34,925 nucleotides of DNA from Gammaproteobacteria bacterium (GTDB lineage Bacteria > Pseudomonadota > Gammaproteobacteria > Pseudomonadales > M0112), in contig SBFY01000020.1 of the NCBI GenBank assembly GCA_006227085.1, positions 1 to 34,925 of the forward strand. Reading direction: 5' to 3'. This document shows positions 29,572-34,925 of the stretch, in pieces; within the stretch, counting starts at the first letter, position 1, and the number at the start of each line of letters is the position of its first letter. Position numbers and translations under genes: made by a program. The notes under the pieces were generated by a model, which saw only the letters and a list, made by a program, of their open reading frames with translations, was not told where the DNA came from and did not search any database.

Positions 29572-32127
29572 ATGCCTACGCAGCGAACTGGAATCACTGA
29601 AGCAGAGTATGCCAAGGCATTCTCTCCCTCCATGCTGAAATCAGCCTGGCTGCTGGTCAAAGGCGTGCTACGTCACCCCTTGCTGTTTTTGCGCACGTTC
29701 AGGAAGCACCCTGACCTTGAAGGCTATTTTGATGACTGCGCCCACAAGGTTTCGTTTGGCCGCACGGATCATCCCCTGGACGACATGGGGCCCATGCAGG
29801 GTGCGTTCACCGCTATCCCGAAGCTTATTTTGCGGCAGTCACAATCCGTCCTGAATGTGAAGCTGGCACATCAGGAAGGGAACACATTCCTGTTCCAGGC
29901 CGGGGCTTACAACATCTTCAACCTCATCAGCCCCGAACATTTTTACAAGCACGTTTATGAAATAGACGGGAAAGCGCCTGCTGCACTGTTGAACCTGCGC
30001 ATTGATATCCCGCGGGATGATGTGTGTCGCGTCAGGCTGCAGGAAGACAGTTTTTTTGATGAATCGTTGACCCCGATGGTGGCTAACAATATTCGCGATG
30101 CCAGCTGTCATGTCGAATTAACGGAAGACGAGCAATGCTATCGCCTGCAAACCCGGGCATTGAGCCTGCATGTCTACAAAACCAATTTCCGTATCGAGCT
30201 GTTTGATAGCGACGGCAACAAGATAACCAGCAGTGGCGGCAAAACCGACAACCACTTTGGCATTACCTATGATTCGTACCCCATGGGCTTTGTTCGCGAC
30301 AAGCGCCACAAGCTCTGGTATGCCGTCAATGCGTTCGACCTGAGCCACGATGAGTCGATCTATGGGCTGGGGGAACATTTCGGCCCCATGAACAAGGTCG
30401 GTGAAACCCTGCGTCTCTGGATTACAGAAGGCGTCGGCAATTCAACGGGTCGCAGTTACAAAGCCGTACCGTTCTTCGTCAGCACCCGTGGCTATGGCGT
30501 GTTCTTCAACCAGACGCACCCGATGACCTTCTGGGTAGGCTCAAAGGAAAAATCCAAAGTCCAGGTCGCCGTGGAAGAGCAAAAACTGGATTACTACTGG
30601 TTTGCCGGGAGCATCAAGGACATCCTCGGGCATTACACCGGGCTGACGGGTCGCGCGCCTGTATTGCCCAGGTTTTCCTTTGGCACCTGGGTTTCCCGGA
30701 TGTCATACCAATCCCAGCAGGAAGTCCTGGATATCGCACACACCTTGCGGGAAAAACAGTTTCCTGCGGATGTGATCAACCTGGATGTCAGCTGGTTCAC
30801 TGAGGACTGGGGATGTGATTGGCAATTTGACCCGGGCCGCTTTCCCGACCCCCAATCCATGTGCCGCCAGCTTCACGACCAGGGCTTTCGTCTCTCGCTA
30901 TGGCAACAACCGTATATCCTCAAGGGAACCGCACCATGGCAAGAAGCATGTGATAAAGACCTGTTGGCCAAAACCACGGTGCCGTTCTCGTTTTGCGGAC
31001 AGTACGAAGCCGCCCCGATCGACTTCACCAAACCGGAAGCCATTCACTGGTACAAGCAACGACTGATCAAGCCCCTGCTCGAGATGGGTGTTGATGTCAT
31101 CAAAACCGATTTCGGTGAGGGCCTGCAGCCCACCATGCAATTTACAGGCGGCACTGGCCACGCTCTGCATAACGTTTATCCCTTGTTGTACAACAAGGCT
31201 GCATTTGAAGTGACGCAGGAAGTGCATGGTGAAGGAAATGCCATGGTCTGGGGCCGGAGCGCCTACGCCGGATCGCAACGCTATCCCGTGCAATGGAGTG
31301 GCGACAATGCATCCACTTTTGGTGCCATGCAGGCTTCACTGCGTGGTGGGCTCGGTTATGGCCTGTCCGGCTTCACCTACTGGAGCCAGGATACCGGCGG
31401 CTTTGTCGGAGAACCCACTGACGAATTGATGATACGGTGGACACAGCTTTCCATTTTCCAGTCCCATCTTCGTTACCACGGGTGTTACCCGTTCCGGGAA
31501 CCCTGGCAGTTTTCGGAAGACGCCCAAACCATCCTGCGGCAATACCTGGGTTACCGCTACCAGCTGATCCCGTACCTCTACAGCGAGTCCATCACCAGTG
31601 CGGAATCAGGCCTGCCAGTGCTTCGCCCACTGGTGATTGACTACCAACAGGATCGCACCGTCCACAACCTGGATGACCAGTTCCTGTGCGGCCATGCGAT
31701 CCTGGTGGCGCCCGTGATGCGACAAGACCTGAAGCGAACCTTTTATTTGCCCGACGGGATTTGGTACAACTTCTTTGACAAGGAACCTGTGCAAGGTAAG
31801 CAGTGGATTACCCGCGACTGCCCGCTGGACAGGATTCCGGTCTGGTTAAAAGGCGGCTCCATCATCCCGCTTGGCCCGATCGTGCAAAGCACCAACGAGT
31901 TGACGGATCAAACACCACTGGAATGCATTGTGTTGCTCGATCGGGAGATGACGGCCAGCGGGCTGTTCCACCTGAACCGGAACACATCGTGTGCGATGCG
32001 TGTGATATTCACCGATGGCAAGGCACGGGTAACCGTTAGTCAGGACTTGCCCGTGGCAGGCATCCGTGTGTTCGGGCCCGATGGGGAGATCGCCAAAGAC
32101 AATATCATCGTGGAACAGCGCGACTAG
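29572..32127 (+). CDS. GH31 alpha-xylosidase (YicI-like), cytoplasmic, with an extended N-terminus
   Basis: ORF 29566..32127 opens with GTG; the first ATG is at 29572. Blocks parallel E. coli YicI: IYGLGEHFGP, the catalytic nucleophile region VDVIKTDFGE, the acid/base region VQWSGDN, and WSQDTGGF. There is no signal peptide. The conserved YGLGE block lies about 80 residues further from the N-terminus than in YicI, so the true start may be downstream. Confidence 0.85.
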   Translation: MPTQRTGITEAEYAKAFSPSMLKSAWLLVKGVLRHPLLFLRTFRKHPDLEGYFDDCAHKVSFGRTDHPLDDMGPMQGAFTAIPKLILRQSQSVLNVKLAHQEGNTFLFQAGAYNIFNLISPEHFYKHVYEIDGKAPAALLNLRIDIPRDDVCRVRLQEDSFFDESLTPMVANNIRDASCHVELTEDEQCYRLQTRALSLHVYKTNFRIELFDSDGNKITSSGGKTDNHFGITYDSYPMGFVRDKRHKLWYAVNAFDLSHDESIYGLGEHFGPMNKVGETLRLWITEGVGNSTGRSYKAVPFFVSTRGYGVFFNQTHPMTFWVGSKEKSKVQVAVEEQKLDYYWFAGSIKDILGHYTGLTGRAPVLPRFSFGTWVSRMSYQSQQEVLDIAHTLREKQFPADVINLDVSWFTEDWGCDWQFDPGRFPDPQSMCRQLHDQGFRLSLWQQPYILKGTAPWQEACDKDLLAKTTVPFSFCGQYEAAPIDFTKPEAIHWYKQRLIKPLLEMGVDVIKTDFGEGLQPTMQFTGGTGHALHNVYPLLYNKAAFEVTQEVHGEGNAMVWGRSAYAGSQRYPVQWSGDNASTFGAMQASLRGGLGYGLSGFTYWSQDTGGFVGEPTDELMIRWTQLSIFQSHLRYHGCYPFREPWQFSEDAQTILRQYLGYRYQLIPYLYSESITSAESGLPVLRPLVIDYQQDRTVHNLDDQFLCGHAILVAPVMRQDLKRTFYLPDGIWYNFFDKEPVQGKQWITRDCPLDRIPVWLKGGSIIPLGPIVQSTNELTDQTPLECIVLLDREMTASGLFHLNRNTSCAMRVIFTDGKARVTVSQDLPVAGIRVFGPDGEIAKDNIIVEQRD

Positions 32128-32178
32128 CAGGCAACCATCCATTGCCGTTCACCATGGCCCCATTGCCACAAGGCAGGC

Positions 32179-33555
32179 CTAATCACGCAACGCATCGAGC
32201 GCCTCAGCCAGCGTTTCAACGCCAGTCACTTTCATACCCTGAATGGCTTGGCGCGGCACATTGGCTTTCGGCACGATCGCCCGCGCGAATCCGTGCTTGG
32301 CCGCTTCTGACAAGCGTTCCTGGCCCGACGGTACCGGGCGGATTTCCCCGGAAAGTCCGACTTCGCCAAACACCACCAGATCCGCCGGCAATGGCCGGTC
32401 GCGGAACGACGACACAATCGCCAGCAGCAGTGCCAGGTCCGCTGAGGTCTCCACCACCTTGACGCCACCGACCGCATTCACAAACACATCGCTGGCACCG
32501 AGTTGCAAGCCGCCATGGCGATGCAGGACTGCCAGCAGCATCGCCAACCGGTTATGTTCCAGCCCCACCGCCAACCGGCGCGGGTTGGCTGCCTGGCTGT
32601 CGTCAACCAATGCCTGGATTTCCACCAACAGCGGTCGCGTGCCTTCCCACACGGCCATCACCACACTGCCGGGTGCTGATTCACGACGGCCGGACAGGAA
32701 AATCGCCGACGGGTTTTTCACTTCCTTCATGCCGGCATCGGTCATGGCAAACACGCCCAGTTCATTGACCGCACCGAAACGGTTTTTCTGGCCGCGCAAC
32801 GTCCGGAAGCGACTGTCGTGATCGCCTTCGATCAGGATCGAGGCATCGATCATGTGTTCCAGCACTTTCGGGCCTGCCAGCGAACCGTCCTTGGTCACGT
32901 GACCCACCAGGATCAGCACCGTGCCCGACTGTTTGGCAAAACGGGTCAGTGCCGCCGCACATTCACGCACCTGTGACACGCTGCCGGGCGCTGACTGGAT
33001 CTCTGGCAAATACACCACCTGGATCGAATCCACTACCAGCACCTGTGGCTTTTCCGCCTCAACGGTCGCCATCAGCACCTCGAGATCGGTTTCCGCCAAC
33101 AGGTTCAGTTTGTCGACCGGCAACCCCAGCCGGCGCGCCCGCATCGCCACTTGCCGTGGCGATTCCTCACCCGTGACGTACAGGCAATCCTGCTGTTCGG
33201 CCAGCTTGCACAAGGTCTGTAGCAGCAGTGTGGACTTACCCGCTCCCGGATGGCCACCAATCAGGATGGCCGAACCCGGCACCAGGCCACCGCCCAGCAC
33301 CCGGTCGAATTCGGCAAAGCCGGTGGAAATACGCGCCTCTTCACTGACGGAGACGGCCGACAGGGGTTGCACGGCGGCCGCTTCACCCGCGTAGCCTCCC
33401 GCCCGGGCCCGCGCAGTGCCACTGGCCTTGGCTGGCCCCAGCCGCACCTCGGTGACCGCGTTCCAGGCGCCGCATTCACTGCATTGGCCCTGCCACTTCG
33501 GGAAGTCCGCCCCGCACTCATTGCAGACATAGGCTTTCTGCGCCACCTTGGCCAT
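32179..33555 (-). CDS. radA: DNA repair protein RadA/Sms
   Basis: ORF 32179..33804, trimmed to ATG 33555, which is preceded by AGGAGG. The N-terminus is MAKVAQKAYVCNECGADFPKWQGQCSECGAWN (zinc finger). It has Walker A GHPGAGKST, the RadA-specific KNRFG motif and a Lon-like C-terminal domain. Confidence 0.95.
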   Translation of the reverse strand: MAKVAQKAYVCNECGADFPKWQGQCSECGAWNAVTEVRLGPAKASGTARARAGGYAGEAAAVQPLSAVSVSEEARISTGFAEFDRVLGGGLVPGSAILIGGHPGAGKSTLLLQTLCKLAEQQDCLYVTGEESPRQVAMRARRLGLPVDKLNLLAETDLEVLMATVEAEKPQVLVVDSIQVVYLPEIQSAPGSVSQVRECAAALTRFAKQSGTVLILVGHVTKDGSLAGPKVLEHMIDASILIEGDHDSRFRTLRGQKNRFGAVNELGVFAMTDAGMKEVKNPSAIFLSGRRESAPGSVVMAVWEGTRPLLVEIQALVDDSQAANPRRLAVGLEHNRLAMLLAVLHRHGGLQLGASDVFVNAVGGVKVVETSADLALLLAIVSSFRDRPLPADLVVFGEVGLSGEIRPVPSGQERLSEAAKHGFARAIVPKANVPRQAIQGMKVTGVETLAEALDALRD

Positions 33556-33656
33556 AGCACCCTCCTGTTGAAGAAGCCCATTATACGGGCAGCTGGCAAG
33601 GCTGGCTGCCACGGCCTGCTGCGGGCTACAATGGGCGGCCTTGCTGGAATGACACC
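33556..33656. promoter_or_regulatory. Divergent promoter region between radA and the DnaT-like gene
   Basis: A perfect TATAAT on the minus strand (33585..33580) lies 25 nt upstream of the radA ATG. TACAAT on the plus strand (33627..33632) lies 24 nt upstream of the ATG at 33657. The -35 elements are poor. Pattern match only. Confidence 0.35.
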
Positions 33657-34712
33657 ATGGCGTCCCCACTGATTCCCGAAACCATCCTGACCGTCTCTGC
33701 CGAACTGGCCGCCACCATCGGCCTGGAAGAGGCTTTGTTGCTGGGTGTGCTGAACGACATTGCCCTGCACCAGGCTCCGGGCTGGGCTCGCGCCACCCCT
33801 GCACAACTGGAGCGCCTGCTGCCTTTTTGGCAGGCCGCGGATATTGATGCCATCAGCCAACGCCTGAAGGACAAAGGCATCCTGCAGTTGTCTGCCACGG
33901 CCTATACCGGCCAGACCCCCTTGCAATACCATTTGGGGGAACCGGCCCGCACTGCACCCGCAACCGCCCCTGCGCCCGCAACAACCCCTGCGCGCCATGG
34001 CGGCATGCCAGCACACTGGCAACCGTCAGCGGATGTGTGCCGCCAGTTGAAACTGCAGAACATCCCGCAACCGTTTATTGACGCACAGGTGCCGGGGTTC
34101 GTGCTGTACTGGCAAAGCCGCGACAGCGGTTTTGTGCCCAGCTGGGATGCCCGGTTTTACCGCCATGTGGTGCGCGCCTGGCGGGAAGAGGAAGTGAAAT
34201 TCCCGATCCAGCCCGAGCAAACCCCTGCCCCCATGCACCGGCACTGGCAACCGGATGCCGATGCCATCGCCATCCTGATGCAAGGTGGTATTCCCGGTGA
34301 CTTTATTGAAGAAGCACTGCCGGAATTCGTGCTGTACTGGATGGAACGTGGCGACACGCGCAACACCTGGAATGCCTCCTTCATCCAGCACGTACGCCGC
34401 CAATGGCTGCGCCTGACCGAATCACTGGCACATGAAAAAGAGCCGCGCGTGATCCCCGGCCAATGGCAACCCGACAGTGAAGTCTTTGATATCCTCACCA
34501 TGGCCAATATCGATACCGGTTTTGCGCGCGCACTGGTGCCGGAATTCGTGATGTACTGGAAAGAAACCGGCAAGCCCCATGCCTCGTGGAACAGTAAATT
34601 CCTGCGCCATGTGAAATATTGTTGGGCCCGGAAAGACGAACACAGCGATAAAAACTATGCCGAACGATTCTTTGACACCTACACCGACACCAGCTGGGCA
34701 GACCATCTCTGA
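33657..34712 (+). CDS. Protein with an N-terminal helical (wHTH-like) domain, a P/A/T-rich linker and three tandem DnaT-C-terminal-type domains
   Basis: 351 aa. The three ~55-aa repeats are aa 121-175, 197-250 and 270-323 (nt 34017-34181, 34245-34406, 34464-34625). Each reads WQP[SD].[DE]....L...I...F......EFV.YW......SW...F..HV...W. They resemble the C-terminal domain of E. coli DnaT (WQPDADFIRLAALWGV...[24 protein letters not shown], from memory). Confidence 0.7.
   Translation: MASPLIPETILTVSAELAATIGLEEALLLGVLNDIALHQAPGWARATPAQLERLLPFWQAADIDAISQRLKDKGILQLSATAYTGQTPLQYHLGEPARTAPATAPAPATTPARHGGMPAHWQPSADVCRQLKLQNIPQPFIDAQVPGFVLYWQSRDSGFVPSWDARFYRHVVRAWREEEVKFPIQPEQTPAPMHRHWQPDADAIAILMQGGIPGDFIEEALPEFVLYWMERGDTRNTWNASFIQHVRRQWLRLTESLAHEKEPRVIPGQWQPDSEVFDILTMANIDTGFARALVPEFVMYWKETGKPHASWNSKFLRHVKYCWARKDEHSDKNYAERFFDTYTDTSWADHL
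33957..33992 (+). repeat. 18-bp imperfect tandem duplication inside the linker of the DnaT-like gene
   Basis: cccgcaaccgcccctgcg (33957..33974) is followed directly by cccgcaacaacccctgcg (33975..33992), with 16/18 identical. Together they encode PATAPA/PATTPA. Confidence 0.9.
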
Positions 34713-34925
34713 ATCCGGCAAGGCTGCGGTGGTGCAGGCCATCAACCGCATGTTCGCTGAATTCAAACTGGTGTTCAGCAACCAATACCTGAAAGCCTTC
34801 CCGGATGACAGTGCGACAGCACTCGCCCGCCAACTCTGGTTCAGTTACCTGAAAGACTTCACGCCCGAAGTCATCCTGGAAGCCACCCACCGCGCCATTC
34901 GTGAATCGGACTTCCTGCCCACCGT
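34657..34925 (+). CDS. Phage lambda replication protein P-like (helicase loader family), 3' end off-window
   Basis: Absent from the ORF track because it has no in-window stop. My translation from ATG 34657 reads MPNDSLTPTPTPAGQTISESGKAAVVQAINRMFAEFKLVFSNQYLKAFPDDSATALARQLWFSYLKDFTPEVILEATHRAIRESDFLPT. It is collinear with lambda P as I recall it (QIINGVFSQLLATFPAS...EIRRQWVLAFRENGIT..EQVNAGMRVARRQNRPFLPSPGQF). ATG 34657 would overlap the upstream gene by 56 nt. Alternative starts are GTG 34729 or 34732, after AAGG. Confidence 0.55.
   Translation, partial: MPNDSLTPTPTPAGQTISESGKAAVVQAINRMFAEFKLVFSNQYLKAFPDDSATALARQLWFSYLKDFTPEVILEATHRAIRESDFLPT

Overview
This is a 34.9-kb, almost gap-free chromosomal segment of a GC-rich gammaproteobacterium whose core gene order resembles Pseudomonas/Cellvibrio-type loci. 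I can account for 33 protein genes and one TPP riboswitch. I see no tRNA, rRNA, CRISPR array, IS element or integrase. Left to right: (1) a TPP-riboswitch-led thiamine operon thiC-thiO-thiS-thiG-thiD on the minus strand (1-5016). (2) pgpA. (3) A ~7.9-kb accessory block (5.6-13.5 kb), visibly AT-richer in its centre. It holds an SGSH-like sulfatase and a six-gene Gtr/Wxc-type glycan-decoration operon: DegT aminotransferase, polyprenyl-P GT2, fused N-acetyltransferase/3,4-ketoisomerase, GtrA-like flippase, Zn-ribbon SAM methyltransferase and a GtrII-like polytopic membrane protein. (4) The co-directional housekeeping array glyA-nrdR-ribD-ribE-ribBX-ribH-nusB-thiL-miniGNAT. (5) ettA, a MapZ-like PilZ c-di-GMP receptor, the fatty-acid cis/trans isomerase cti and a small secreted repeat protein. 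(6) An AraC regulator followed by xylB, xylA and a GH31 alpha-xylosidase. (7) radA, divergent from a protein with three tandem DnaT-type domains and a lambda-P-like helicase-loader homologue that runs off the right edge. Most of the window is ordinary core metabolism. The parts worth follow-up are the DnaT x3 / lambda-P-like pair, the glycan-decoration island (especially its methyltransferase plus membrane-protein tail), the PilZ-cti junction with the downstream repeat protein, and a sulfatase with a non-canonical active-site motif. None of these can be shown to be novel from sequence alone. All homology statements come from motif recognition by eye or from memory and need HMM/BLAST confirmation.
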